Source: Batkoa obscura (lineage: Eukaryota). Taken from it: a stretch of 34,755 nucleotides of DNA. Positions 1 to 12,014 of the stretch are shown one piece after another; the stretch's first letter is position 1; every line of letters begins with the position of its first letter. The notes beneath the pieces are model-generated. The model searched no databases, was not told the DNA's origin, and saw only the letters and a list, made by a program, of their open reading frames with translations. The DNA lies in assembly GCA_030770535.1 (NCBI GenBank), contig JASVEC010000185.1, positions 1 to 34,755 on the forward strand, read 5' to 3'. The translations under genes were made by a program, and so were the position numbers.

Positions 1-272
1 AAATCAAACAAGTATCATAAATAGTACTGTAATATGAAAGTTAAAATAAGAAAAGTATCAACAATAAATAAAAAGTTAGGTCACGTTTAAACTATTCTAG
101 TAATATTGGCTAAATTGCTATTTTGTTATTTTACAGTGTAAGTAACCACTGAATTCCTAGAATTACAGCTTGTGCTTAGAGAAAATAGATTGATTGTGAA
201 ACTAAAGTTAATATTAAATCACATAATTGGAAAATGAAGTAATAAAAAAAATTCAACTTTTATTAAAGCTAT

Positions 273-329
273 AATTTAAACATCATCTTATAGTTAGTAA
301 AGTTGTAGCTATAAGATGATGTTTAAATT
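273..329. repeat. Perfect 21-bp inverted repeat with 15-nt loop
   Basis: AATTTAAACATCATCTTATAG (273-293) / CTATAAGATGATGTTTAAATT (309-329). Confidence 0.85.
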
Positions 330-1201
330 GGAATAGTAATTATGGAGGATAATGTACATAAATAATATGATATTATTGTTGCTTTTGTTGATTATCAAGG
401 TTTGGCTATTACAGAGAATAAGAAGCTTAGATGCTTAAAAGGCGGAGTTCCACTGAGCGAAATTAAGGGTAAAGTTACTATTATTATTAAGTGCGTAGTT
501 TGTATTATTAATGGATCAATGGTCATGTATCAAAAAAGTTCAATGTTTTTTTTGAAAATTCAGATAAGAGTATTTTTTTTAAATTTAGTATTAAAAAGTA
601 AACAAATTTATTTAAGTATGAAATACTCAAATATTGTCTTTATCGGGATTTTATTGCAAATGAATTCAATGATTTTGATAATTTTGTTCTATTTTTTCGG
701 CTTAAAACTAAAAATAATCCCGCGATAAAAATAACAAATTGAGTTTATTTTTTGGTAGGTTAAACAAATATCCGATTATAGCTTTTACCCTAATAGTCGT
801 TTACCCTGACGTTTTTGCATATTAATACAAATAAAAAAACTATAGAGCTAAAAACTAAAATAGCTAGCTATTTTGTTAGACAGCACACATTAAGTTTAAT
901 TTTGGCAATGATCTTAAGATGTAACCCATTTGATTAAACAGTCGAACTTTTAAGCAATACAAAAATAGAAAATTAAATATTAAATATACTATGTATCCTT
1001 ATCATGTATGTGTTTTACTTTATTCTATATCAATCTAAAGTGTTTGATCTAATCTTGTTTTAATAATTAAAAAGTGTTTATTTGATACGCTAGTATTTCT
1101 TTCACTAAATATTTTATAGATTTATCAAATAACTATTAAATCATTGATACGATTCACAACTAATGCTTTTATTCAACAATCTTTTGTTCAAAAGTAAAAA
1201 A

Positions 1202-2614
1202 TCAAGCACTTTTCTTATCATCTTCTGTAACAGTAGCCCTCTAACTATCCCAAGGTTCCTTATTATCCCTTCTATAATCCAAAGCATAAGTGAGCTAACC
1301 CAACTCAAATAACGATCAATACAAACAATCCATTATAAATTGATGCATAAGTATACTAGCATAATACAGCCAAATAACTCCACCTAAAAAATTCATATGT
1401 TGTTATATAGTTAATTCAAGTATACTCAAAATTCATACCTACTACCAATATCGAGCAATAAAGTTGCCTGTAATCATTAAAGTAAGACAAGCTAAGTTCT
1501 AAACTAGGAATTAATAAACCAAGGAGATAGGCTAAGGCTGAGATAATAACACCAAAAGGATCAAAGTAGAATTTCTCTTAGATTCAAAACAAATTACATG
1601 GTTAATAAAGACTTCGGTAGGGACAGGTGAATGAGTTGGAAAAGAATCGATTGATTTATTTTACTCTTATTTCAAAATGATTCTTACCTCGTGAATAACC
1701 AGTACATTCGAATATATAACTATAGATAGAGTCATAAAATGAGCCGTTCTTTTTTTCTCTATAAACCAAACTATCGGCAGTGACATTTGGTCTTACAGCT
1801 TTAAATAACTATTTAACAACTTATTAAATAAAAAATAGTTTATTGCCCTGACTTAATAGTTAGAACATCAACATTAAATGATGCCAATTATAGTCTCAAT
1901 ACTTCTGATAAAGTATGGATCGTCGACTTAGTAGCCCCATAGACGCCACCAAACTAAGCTATGATACGACCAGCCATAGAATCAATATTAGCCATATACC
2001 CATTTTTGTTGTTTGTCTAATTGCGAGAGTAATGGCAAAAGGCTTGATATCAGTATATGAGAGTGTTTTTTTGACTTCATCATTTTTTCCATTTTCTAAG
2101 CGCCATTTAAGCGGAAATTTTGTTGGTAAAATTCTTAAACACAAAAATACATCCCCATATGGACTTTAACTTACCATATGAGATTTCATGGCTTGAGTAA
2201 GATTTAAAACTTCAAATGCGTTAATTACAAACAATTTATTGACGTTGGTGGACCCCAATTCAATGAGTGGCTCCCAACCTTGTACATCAATGTTATTAAC
2301 ATATTGATTTTCCCTTTAGCCTCTATAACTTCCTTGATTACATTTTTGATCCTCTCCTCCTGTATTATATCTAAATCCACCAATTTACATGAATATTTTG
2401 GAGTTCATTCGTTAATTTTTTACTTGGTAAGACTACGTTTGGAGTAATTTCGTATTAGAATAAACTTAGGTACCGTTTAAATCATTCATCTTATTAATAT
2501 CTCTAATAGTTGCATATACTTTGTAATTTTTAAAGTCACTGTCTTTGCTGAATAAAGATGTATCCCGCCATCACTAAAGCCGGTACTAAATACTATTTCG
2601 TTTGCGTCTTTCAT
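1202..2614 (-). pseudogene. Ayr1-like short-chain dehydrogenase/reductase pseudogene with introns
   Basis: Manual minus-strand translation from ATG 2614 gives MKDANEIVFSTGFSDGGI (TGxSxGGIG Rossmann motif), YKVYATIRDINKM, LDIIQEERIKNVIKEVIEAKGKINML and PLIEL...LNLTQAMKSHM. An intron follows (2174-2017), then NIDSMAG, catalytic YGATK (1941-1927) and SEVLRL*LASFNVDV. There are frameshifts and in-frame stops (TAG 1956-1954, TAA 1890-1888). The 3' boundary is less certain. Confidence 0.88.
2059..2156 (+). mobile_element. 98-bp MITE copy 1, inside the SDR pseudogene intron
   Basis: Ends GAGAGTGTTTTT...AAAAATACATCCCC, TSD ATAT/ATAT. Removing the element plus one TSD restores a 56-nt intron. Confidence 0.9.
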
Positions 2615-3293
2615 TTTAAATATTATTTTTTGTAAAAAAATGATTTTGATATCTTAATATTCTATTATTTCTATTTTTCACTTCTTAATTATTTTTATTC
2701 TTACATTAAAAATGAATTGCTTTCCATTTTTGGCTCGGTTCCAGATTGACGTTATTTAATTTCCTAATTACCCAAGACTTTGGATCCTACTTTATTATAA
2801 ATATGAGCTTGCCAATTAAAGGAACCCTGAAAATAGAATATAATTTGGAAGCAACATTGATTGTTGGCTATTTTTTATTATAAAAATATTCAAATTATAA
2901 TCAATTAAAAAAAACGTGTAGGACTATTGAGTCTGGCGCTCCGAGATCAAATGATTAAAACTGGAGATTTATAAAGTTATAAATTTTCAATATAATTTGA
3001 TATAAAGCTATCAAAGTTGTTTTATTCAGATATTCAACTAAAGCTGTTTAATTAATTTAATCTTTGAACTTAGGATATCTTTAAACCATGATGATTTTTA
3101 GTATTATACCATAGAGTTAAATTTTTACTAACACATCATTTTCAATTATGGTTTTAAAAACTACTGAGAAAATGATTTAAAATCACAGTATAAACTCAAA
3201 AATATTATAACTTACATTTTATTTTGACATTTATGCTATAGATAATTTTACTAACTTTTATAAATTTCAAAAACATCGCAGTATAATTTTAGG

Positions 3294-4646
3294 CTATATC
3301 CGTACAAATATCTTTCTGTTAACCATAAGTTTGAGGCTAAAGAAAATCAAAGATCCTAATAAAGCCGAGGTAGCTGCATACATTATAACAGGGATATAAT
3401 TAGGTTTAGGTAATCTATAACTTGAAGCGGTTAATATAGCGGATGCAATAGGAGTACCAATTAAGCTAGGGACTCCAGAAGCAAAATAAAGTAACCCATT
3501 GATACTTGCAATACCTTCAATGCCAAATAATTGTACTACAACTACAGGCGACATTGAAATAATACCTCCTGCAGCTATACCATATAAAACATTAAAAAGT
3601 GCTAATATGCCAAAAGTATACGAGAATGTCCAAATGAAAAAACAGAAAAATGATGTAAGGGTAAGGCAAAGAATAAGGATATTAATTCTACCAAAACGAT
3701 CCCCTAAACTACCTAATCCAACCCTTCCAATAGCCGATCCGCCGTTTAGTAACCCGACTAAGATAGCACCTTGGTCATCAGAAAGGTCAATGGATTGGGC
3801 GTATTTATTCATAAGCAAGAATGGTACAAGGTAGCCAAAAGAGCTGACAAACCCACCGAAAAAAATCGCAAGGAATTTACGATCTTTGAATTTTGAAAAA
3901 TCAAACCAAGAATTCTTCTTTGTGACTTTGACTCTTTCTTTTAAAAAAAAGGCAGTGGTTGTTAAGATGATAATAGCAATGATTGCCTGTACCCGAAGTG
4001 CCCATCTAAACCCTAATTTATTTAAAACATATTGTGTAATCGGACTTAATGCTAAACCACCAATCCCCGAACCAGCTACTGAAATACCAGTGGCTAAACC
4101 AATATGTTTATTAAACCATTGAGAGGGAGCGCTTATAGCTGGTAAAAAAGCAACAGACCCACCAATACCCACCATAACCCCTTGTGTTAAAAACAAGTGC
4201 CAAACCTCAGTACTAAAGGAAGCTAGCAGCAATCCTAATGAATAAATAACTGAACCAATAAGGGCAGAGTTACGATAACCTATTTTATCTGCTAATCTTC
4301 CAGTAAATATAGCTAACAAAGTGTTGAGCGAAGTACTTAAAGTTCCAATGAAACTTAGCGTAGATAAGGATGCTTCATTTTTGAATAGCTCATCAGCATA
4401 ATATTTGATAAATACTCCGGAGCTGTAAACAACGCCCAATACTACGAATAAATTGAAAAAACTAGCGGTTACTACGATCCATCCTTGAATACCATCCAAT
4501 TGGGAGTCTTTTTCTATATTTCCGTCTAGAATATCTTTGTTTGTTTCTTTAAATGTGGTATTAGAATCTATTGCTAATTCTATATCTTTCTTTCGATCCA
4601 TTGTTGATAGATTTTCACTGGCTGCAATATCCTTCATTCTAGACAT
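3294..4646 (-). CDS. MFS monocarboxylate-transporter (MCT/Mch-like) family protein, intronless
   Basis: 450-aa ORF with ~12 hydrophobic segments, DG..GWIVV N-terminal signature, and motif A-like GRLADKIGYR and GSLGDRFGR. Confidence 0.92.
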   Translation of the reverse strand: MSRMKDIAASENLSTMDRKKDIELAIDSNTTFKETNKDILDGNIEKDSQLDGIQGWIVVTASFFNLFVVLGVVYSSGVFIKYYADELFKNEASLSTLSFIGTLSTSLNTLLAIFTGRLADKIGYRNSALIGSVIYSLGLLLASFSTEVWHLFLTQGVMVGIGGSVAFLPAISAPSQWFNKHIGLATGISVAGSGIGGLALSPITQYVLNKLGFRWALRVQAIIAIIILTTTAFFLKERVKVTKKNSWFDFSKFKDRKFLAIFFGGFVSSFGYLVPFLLMNKYAQSIDLSDDQGAILVGLLNGGSAIGRVGLGSLGDRFGRINILILCLTLTSFFCFFIWTFSYTFGILALFNVLYGIAAGGIISMSPVVVVQLFGIEGIASINGLLYFASGVPSLIGTPIASAILTASSYRLPKPNYIPVIMYAATSALLGSLIFFSLKLMVNRKIFVRI

Positions 4647-5351
4647 ATGTTTTTTTTATAGAAAACTATGCATGTTGATTCTATACTTGTTCTTTTTATA
4701 CTCTCATTTAAATTGAATTTCTAGTAGCATGTTCTGACTGAATGGAATCCTTTATTCACATTTATCGAAGTTTTGATTACTTCGAAAGATTAATCAAATT
4801 GGAACACTTTATTTCGGTGTAATTTGGAGCTAAAGTAATTATATACTAGCTATTTGTAGAAAAAATACCACCGAATACACTGATGCGGATCACTATTAAT
4901 AATATTCATTAAATTTTTACAAGGAACAGTGTCTATAATAAGGAAATACATAAAATAGCATTCATGAATAAATCAAAATACTATTTTATTCGATGGAATG
5001 GTCAATGGTGTTCATTCAAATATTTTACGAGGCTTCAGATACTTTTTTATTATGATACATACTTTTATGTAATAATATAGCTGATAAATTATTTTGTTTT
5101 AATATTTTGATTATTTTAATGTTATTTTTAGTTTACATTTGGATTAAATCTAATTAAATGTTTTTCGAATATGAATCCAGACTAGCCCAAGCTGTAAGTT
5201 TACACTAAATAGTTCTAATTGTATGTCCTTGTATATCATCTATTCACCTAAAAAACAAAAAGGGTAGCACTAGATAACTTATAGATAAAACATTGAATTT
5301 AACAATTAAGAATTTAGACAATTAATAGAATTTTATTAAAAAACGAGATTT

Positions 5352-5449
5352 GGGGGTGCTTTTTTGACTTCATTATTTTTTCTATCTTTTAAGTACTGTT
5401 TGAGTGGAAAAATTATTTGTGAAATCCTTAAACACAAAAATACATCCCC
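5352..5449 (+). mobile_element. 98-bp MITE copy 2
   Basis: GGGGGTGCTTTTTTG...AAAAATACATCCCC, TSD ATTT/ATTT. Confidence 0.9.
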
Positions 5450-6064
5450 ATTTTATAGTTAACTTTTTTGCTATATCATTAAATTTCAGTTTTATTAGAC
5501 TTCCCTAAAAATTTAGCTTTTATAGAAAAATAATTGCATGTATGCTGGAATTATATAAACATTTGTGAAAGTGTATAAATCCGAAAGATGAAAAGAGATT
5601 AACTAAAGCTATAATCACTTTATGAACGATTTAATATAATTCTTATGATTTATACTGATTAAAATTATTATAAAATAGAACCTTTATTAATATCAAAACA
5701 ATATAAAGTATCAAAGACTGGTTTCTAAACATTTTTTAGAAAATTAGATTGATTCTTAAAGACTTTTAGTTATTTTTATTTTAGTGTAACTTTTTAATAA
5801 ATATATGTGTGTGAAATTTGTTAATTATATTATATTAGTATTAGTCTTTTTTAGCTCTTTTTCTGTGTTTTTGACTATTTTCAAAACAAGGATAAAGACT
5901 AATCTAAAAACAGCTCAAGCTTTAAAGACTGTATAAATTATTTTTTTATTAGCAAGGAAATTGAATTTTGAATAAGTTTTAACTATCAAGTTTAGTAAAG
6001 CGTTAATAGCTTATTAAATATTTGATTTTTTTTGTACTTATATCTGCTTTAAGTACTATAATAT

Positions 6065-6163
6065 GGGAGTGTTTTTTTTGACTTCATTATTTTTTCCATT
6101 TTTTAAGCGCTATTTGAGTGGAAAATTTGTTGGTAAAATTCTTGAACATAAAAATACATCCCC
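6065..6163 (+). mobile_element. 99-bp MITE copy 3
   Basis: GGGAGTGTTTT...AAAAATACATCCCC, TSD ATAT/ATAT. Confidence 0.9.
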
Positions 6164-8340
6164 ATATAGTAATTTCAGTGAAAGTAAATCGTAAAAATGT
6201 TATTGGATTATTTGTAAATTGATCACAAGTTTTAATTGACTTTTTTCTTTCTACTTTTTGCAATTATAATCTTTCATAAATCTTTATAACTCCCAGTACA
6301 CTTTTATATCTGCATTTTATACTAGCTATTATTACACCTTCTTATTAAGCTTTATGGTATGTTGTTAATTTAAATATTACTTAAATTATTTATCTATATA
6401 ATATTTAAGATCTAGCTTAAAAAAACCATCGTTACAAAATCTAAATGTATAAATTAAAATCTCATTAAAATCTATTAAAGATACATATAAGAATTTTATG
6501 AACTTTTACTATTGAATACATATTATTTTATAATTTTGTAAATTTACGAATTTCATGATGTATTATTAATGTAAAGGCTCTTATTTATTAAACATCTTCT
6601 TGAATTATATTATTATTACTTAAAATCAATACCGCTTATCTGCGTTTATTTTAAATAAAAATATTAACCTTTTAGATTTTTTTACATTAATAGTTATTTT
6701 AATGAAAATGTTATAAATTTATATTAGAGAACATTTACCGGTTTTCAGCTATTAATAAATCTATATAAATTTACATCATCTACACCATAAGCATATTTTT
6801 TAATATTTTTAATATTTTTTTCACAAATTAATTGTTAATGATAGTTTCTTGTTGCCTTTAAAAGCATATGAAGTACAAAGTGATGATGGAAATACAATTC
6901 ATGTAAATGGCAAATTAACTTTGCTATAATAATGATAGTTTCTCACCCTTATAAAATGTTTGGAATTTAACATATTTATAAAAGCCGATTACCTTAGTTT
7001 TATAAATATGGATACTTTAAGTTTAAATCATTTATTCTATCTTTATCTATTTTTGCTTATTATTAATATCAATATAAAATAAAACAAAGTAAAATAAAAT
7101 AAAATAAAGCTAAAATTAATAGGTTTACTTGGAAAATTTTCAACAAATAGAACCTTTTTAAATAATCAAAATACCATTTAAATGCTGTACAACCCATGCT
7201 TATTCTAAAACATGTACTAGGCCAAAGGTACAACTCATGTTTTATAAAATGAGGATTCGCTTAAAGTTGTTATCAAGCATTAGTAAGAATTATCTTTTGT
7301 TTTGAGAATAATTTAAAATAATATTAATAAAAGTCAAAAAGCTGCTAATGATAATAACGACGGAAATTAAAAGAAAAAGTAGAAGTTTTGTAAAGTGAAG
7401 TATAGAAGCAAATAATAGCAATGTTAGATAAATGATAACATTTTGTTATTCTTAAAATAAATCAATAGTTTTTGATTAAATAGATTTATATTAAAGTATA
7501 AAACTTGATATATGCTACAGAATAATTCCCAAATTAATCTATAAGCTTATTTACTTGAATCATTTGAAATAAACAATATGACATTTTTTGCACTATTTCA
7601 AAAGTAGAATGTTCTGTATAGTTGCTAAATACTCTAAATGGCTTCAAATATATTATTTCAAACCATAAGGTCATACAAATGTTATGATAGGAATTTAAGC
7701 GGATGATTATTTCTTATATCAAACCTACCAAGTTAATGGTTAAGGATTATATGGAATAAAAAATTATAAATGCAGTTTAACTATTGATAAGCTTTTGAAT
7801 CTTAAAACAAAATTTTCAAATATATACAAAATTACTTGGTTCTTTAAAAAGATATGAATGGTAGTCTACCCCGTAATGAAAAATAGGTAGACTAAATTCT
7901 CGGACCCATGCCAATAAAAGTAAATTAATTAATAAATATGCAACTTTAATTGGTTTTGGAATAAATCGCGAGTTATGAATGAAAAAATAATTTAATCCCT
8001 CCCTGAAGTTTATAAGTTATGTGTAACTAAATCACCTGCTATTAAAACTTGTCAAATTTGTCTTAACTTAGAATCTAATTACGATACAACTGAAATGATT
8101 GGACACCATATCTTAAATAATGTAAATATGGAGATATGGTAATCAAAGTATCTTTAAGAATAAGAAAAGCCGGTATGGAAAGGCAATAAGGCATAATTAT
8201 AGAAACATATATAATAACAAAGTTACACATTATTGAAATTATAAAGAAATTAACTTAACTTTGATATCCTTTTATTTTAGATTTAAGCAATATCAGATCA
8301 TAACAATAAATTACAATATAGTAAATAAACAATAAATATA

Positions 8341-9657
8341 ATGAGCCGTACCTGGTGGATATCCCCTTATTCCCAAATTATATTGGTAGCTTTAATGTGT
8401 TTCTGTACCGTTGGTATATTTAATGTAATGTTAAGTATAGGATCAAATGGTTTAGATTCTACATTGGGGAATACTTCAACTGTTGCAGTAAATACGCTTT
8501 TTATCTTTTCTGGGTTATTAGGTGGTTCAGTTGTAAATCTATTAGGCCCAAGATTATCTTTAGGCATTTCTTCATTGGGTTACTGCTTTTATGCTGTATC
8601 ATTTTATATCTATCACAAAACAGGTGCTTGGTGGCCAATTATATTGGGTGGATGTATACTGGGATTATGCGCTGGTGTGTTATGGTCAGCTCAAGGACAA
8701 ATTATGTTATCTTACCCAACTGAAGGACAAAAGGGACTTTATGTTAGTATATTTTGGATGATATTTAATTTAGGCTCGGTATTAGGTGGCTTTATACCAT
8801 TCGGATTAAATTATGATAATAAAGAGGCTGGTGTAACCCCAGTTACTTACCTTGGTCTCGGTGCTGTTATGTTATTTGGTTCATCTATTTCCTTTTTACT
8901 GGCGCCTATTCAAGATGTTATTAAGGATGATGGCAGACCTGTTTTAATTCATCGATATAAAAGTGTAGGAAGGGAAGCAGCAGCAGTATTCAGTATGATT
9001 AAAGATTGGAAAATGCTTTGCTTATTACCATTGTTTTTAAGTTCAAATTGGTTTTATTCTTATCAATTCCAAGTTTTTAATGCTGAAGTATTTGCTATAC
9101 GTACTCGCTCTTTAAACACAGTGTTTTATTGGTTTGCACAAATGGTAGGTGCTCTATTTTTGGGGAAATTTTTGGATAATACTCGTTTAAATCGTAGTAG
9201 AAAAGGATTATACGCTATGATATTTATTTTTGTTACTTCAACGTGTATTTGGGCTGGCGGTTTAGCTTTCCAATTAAGTTATAGTATTGAAAACAATCCT
9301 TATAAGACAACCAAAATTGATTTTACATCAAAAGAATGGGGTCCATTATTAATATTATATATATTGTATGGTGTGATGGATTCAATGATACAAACTTTAG
9401 CTTATTGGGTTTTGGGATCTTTAGACAACGATCCATTAGTATTATCACGATATGCTGGTTTTTATAAGGCAGTTCAATCTGGTGGAGCAGCAATTTCTTG
9501 GGGAATTACAACGACCGATACTCCTTACCTTACTCAATTATTAATTTGTTGGGGTATTTTTGAATTTTCAATTCCTGGTTTATTTTTAGTCATTAGATCT
9601 ATTAGAGATACTAATGTTGAATACTCATATGAGCATCACAACCATACTAAGTTATAA
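8341..9657 (+). CDS. UNC-93-like (DUF895) MFS membrane protein, intronless
   Basis: 438-aa hydrophobic ORF with fungal UNC93-like signatures: FCxxG.FN, AGVLWSAQG..MLSYP.E..KG, F..SNWFYSYQF, RTRSLN, RYAGFYKAVQSGG. Confidence 0.9.
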   Translation: MSRTWWISPYSQIILVALMCFCTVGIFNVMLSIGSNGLDSTLGNTSTVAVNTLFIFSGLLGGSVVNLLGPRLSLGISSLGYCFYAVSFYIYHKTGAWWPIILGGCILGLCAGVLWSAQGQIMLSYPTEGQKGLYVSIFWMIFNLGSVLGGFIPFGLNYDNKEAGVTPVTYLGLGAVMLFGSSISFLLAPIQDVIKDDGRPVLIHRYKSVGREAAAVFSMIKDWKMLCLLPLFLSSNWFYSYQFQVFNAEVFAIRTRSLNTVFYWFAQMVGALFLGKFLDNTRLNRSRKGLYAMIFIFVTSTCIWAGGLAFQLSYSIENNPYKTTKIDFTSKEWGPLLILYILYGVMDSMIQTLAYWVLGSLDNDPLVLSRYAGFYKAVQSGGAAISWGITTTDTPYLTQLLICWGIFEFSIPGLFLVIRSIRDTNVEYSYEHHNHTKL

Positions 9658-10082
9658 ATATTATAAATTAATTCCCACTTTTTCGGGTTAAATTTTAAAA
9701 AGCAATAAAAAGTTTATATTTTATTTTACTTGAATATTTGACCTAAATTTAATTATTGAGATAGCATTTTAAAATATTAATCCTAAGTTTTGCATAACTT
9801 TAATAATTGTATTATATGCTGGCTCACAACATTAATGATTTTCATTTTGTACATAATTTTGAATTTTTTTTTGAGTCTTATCATATACCGTTGTAGTCTA
9901 TAATAAAAAAATTGATAACATCAAATTATTAATTTCAGCTATCTATTTTTTTCTAATCATTTAAAAACTCAATGGGTTAAATTATTTTTAATAATTTAAA
10001 AACCGAATGCATAAATTATTCTATATTCGAGAGAAAAGTTATTTTTATTTACTAGAATGAATAGTTGTGGGATTGTAGAAAA

Positions 10083-12014
10083 TTAATTAGAAGCGACAGC
10101 AGCGGCAATGGTGTCAGCAGCTTTGGCACCAATCATGTAAAGATAAAGTACAGGGAAATAACCAGGAATATCAGGGAATATTGAAAAATCTACTACTCTT
10201 AGATTTTTAGTGCCTTTAACTCTGAATTGAGAGTCTAATACAGCATATGGATCGCCTTGTCTACCAATTTTCATAGTACCAGTAGCATGATGTCCCCAGG
10301 AGTTCTTTAAAATATAATCACTCAACTGTTGGTCAGTTTGAACATTTGCACCAGGAATTACTTCAACATTCTCATTGGAAAAATCTTTCATTAGATTACG
10401 CACATCTCTTATTCCTTTTATCATAGCAGGTAGATCTTCGTTAGCACCTTCTTTGAAATAATTGAAATTAATATCAGGAACGTCCGTTGGGTCATTAGAA
10501 TTTAATAAAATTCTACCAGCACGATTAAAGGTATGTGCTTTTAGTATCAAAAAGCTTAAAATATTTTTATTCATGTAGACCTCATCTCCCATTCCATGGT
10601 GATAACCAGTAAAGTAAATAGGTGCAATTAATGTCAATAAATCTGGTACTTTCAATTTTTCATTAGATTTTTTTGTGACTGCAGCTAAAACTCCATTAAA
10701 AGTATATGGGCCAGAGTGTCCCTGTTTAAATCTGTTGAAGCATGGGTCATCATTTGATCCTTCCATTAGGCAATCATTTAAAATTGTAAAATTTGCATTA
10801 AATTTGAAATTGACGGATATTTCATATCTGTCATGTAAATTTCTACCTACGCCTGGTAAATTGACTCTTGGCTCAATATTGAGCGATTTTAAATGATTTG
10901 GATCACCAATACCGCTTAACATCATGATTTGTGGAGTGTTAAATGTACCACCAGAAACAATGACTTCGTTATTACAATACACTTTTTGGTAGTTATAATT
11001 GGCCTTTCTACTATACTTTGAAGCCTTATATATATGCTCCCCTTGTAAATATTCAACACCATAAGCAGAATTATCATTATCTAATAATACTCTACTAACT
11101 AAAGAGTTAGTTAATACTGTCAATTTCATGTTTTTGGTGGCCCATTTTACTCGTTCGTAAACCCCAGTGCGTTGCATTCCTTGGCTAACGTCAGCATTAA
11201 TTGGGACTAAAAACGAGCGTGATTCTGCGTTTGGGTTTCTACCAGCGATATACGAATTAATATCAAACCCCAATATACTTGATATTAATGGAGCACCCAA
11301 TATCTTTGAAACCAAGTCACTTAGTTTTGGATCATTTGCTAATAAGTTGAAGATATTAACATTTGATAACTTGAGCCATCCTTTCCCTTTCTCACTCAAC
11401 AAGTTAGTTGTGAATGTAGAGATTGATTGAAATAGCGTCCCTAATTGGTTGAATAATCTTACTGGGGGTAGTCTTTCTAGCATTTGTGGTTGTGCAATAT
11501 TTTGATAGTAATTCATCATATTCGATTCACTCCATGAGTCATCACCCGTTAAATCGACCATATTTTGGTAATCAATGTAATGTGGCAAAATATGTAACAT
11601 TGCATTATGCAAAGTACATCCCCCTATACCGGAAGCTTTTGGATATAAGACGGACTGTCTTAAATTTGTTTTTTCTTCATAATGTTTTACCATAAAATCC
11701 CAACTAATGTTTGGGTCTTCTGAGCTTCTTACATGTAATGCTGGCGTTGTTACATTAGCCGATGCATAGTCTTGCCCCGCTTCAATAAGTAATACTGAAA
11801 ATCCTTTTTCAGCTAACCCTACTGCAGTTATTGATCCTGCTGCCCCAGCCCCTACTACAATATAGTCATATTGGCTTCTTTTGTTGTTATTGTTACTGCT
11901 GTTGCTATTCCCATTGGTGCTTCCTTTACCATTGTTGTTATTACGATAATCATTGCTCTTTTGACACAATACTACTATCGTTAAATTTAATATCAAAAAT
12001 ACCAGCTTTAACAT
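10083..12014 (-). CDS. Secreted GMC (AA3-type) flavin oxidoreductase, intronless
   Basis: Signal-peptide-like N-terminus, Asn-rich linker, YDYIVVGAGAAG FAD motif, GGCTLHNAM, SGGTFNTPQIMMLSGIG, PGVGRNLHD, WGHHATGTMKIG, LRVVDFSIFP. Confidence 0.93.
   Translation of the reverse strand: MLKLVFLILNLTIVVLCQKSNDYRNNNNGKGSTNGNSNSSNNNNKRSQYDYIVVGAGAAGSITAVGLAEKGFSVLLIEAGQDYASANVTTPALHVRSSEDPNISWDFMVKHYEEKTNLRQSVLYPKASGIGGCTLHNAMLHILPHYIDYQNMVDLTGDDSWSESNMMNYYQNIAQPQMLERLPPVRLFNQLGTLFQSISTFTTNLLSEKGKGWLKLSNVNIFNLLANDPKLSDLVSKILGAPLISSILGFDINSYIAGRNPNAESRSFLVPINADVSQGMQRTGVYERVKWATKNMKLTVLTNSLVSRVLLDNDNSAYGVEYLQGEHIYKASKYSRKANYNYQKVYCNNEVIVSGGTFNTPQIMMLSGIGDPNHLKSLNIEPRVNLPGVGRNLHDRYEISVNFKFNANFTILNDCLMEGSNDDPCFNRFKQGHSGPYTFNGVLAAVTKKSNEKLKVPDLLTLIAPIYFTGYHHGMGDEVYMNKNILSFLILKAHTFNRAGRILLNSNDPTDVPDINFNYFKEGANEDLPAMIKGIRDVRNLMKDFSNENVEVIPGANVQTDQQLSDYILKNSWGHHATGTMKIGRQGDPYAVLDSQFRVKGTKNLRVVDFSIFPDIPGYFPVLYLYMIGAKAADTIAAAVASN

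Noticed and set aside
402..728. 108-aa ORF, plus the short ORFs at 1915, 1959, 13093, 15547 and 15633
   Set aside because: No recognisable motifs. They are AT-rich chance ORFs or run through MITE copies.
7862..7894. 9-bp inverted repeat TAGTCTACC/GGTAGACTA
   Set aside because: Short enough to arise by chance, with no supporting context.
8264..8272. ATATCCTTT resembling a U12 5' splice site
   Set aside because: No TCCTTAAC branch site follows.
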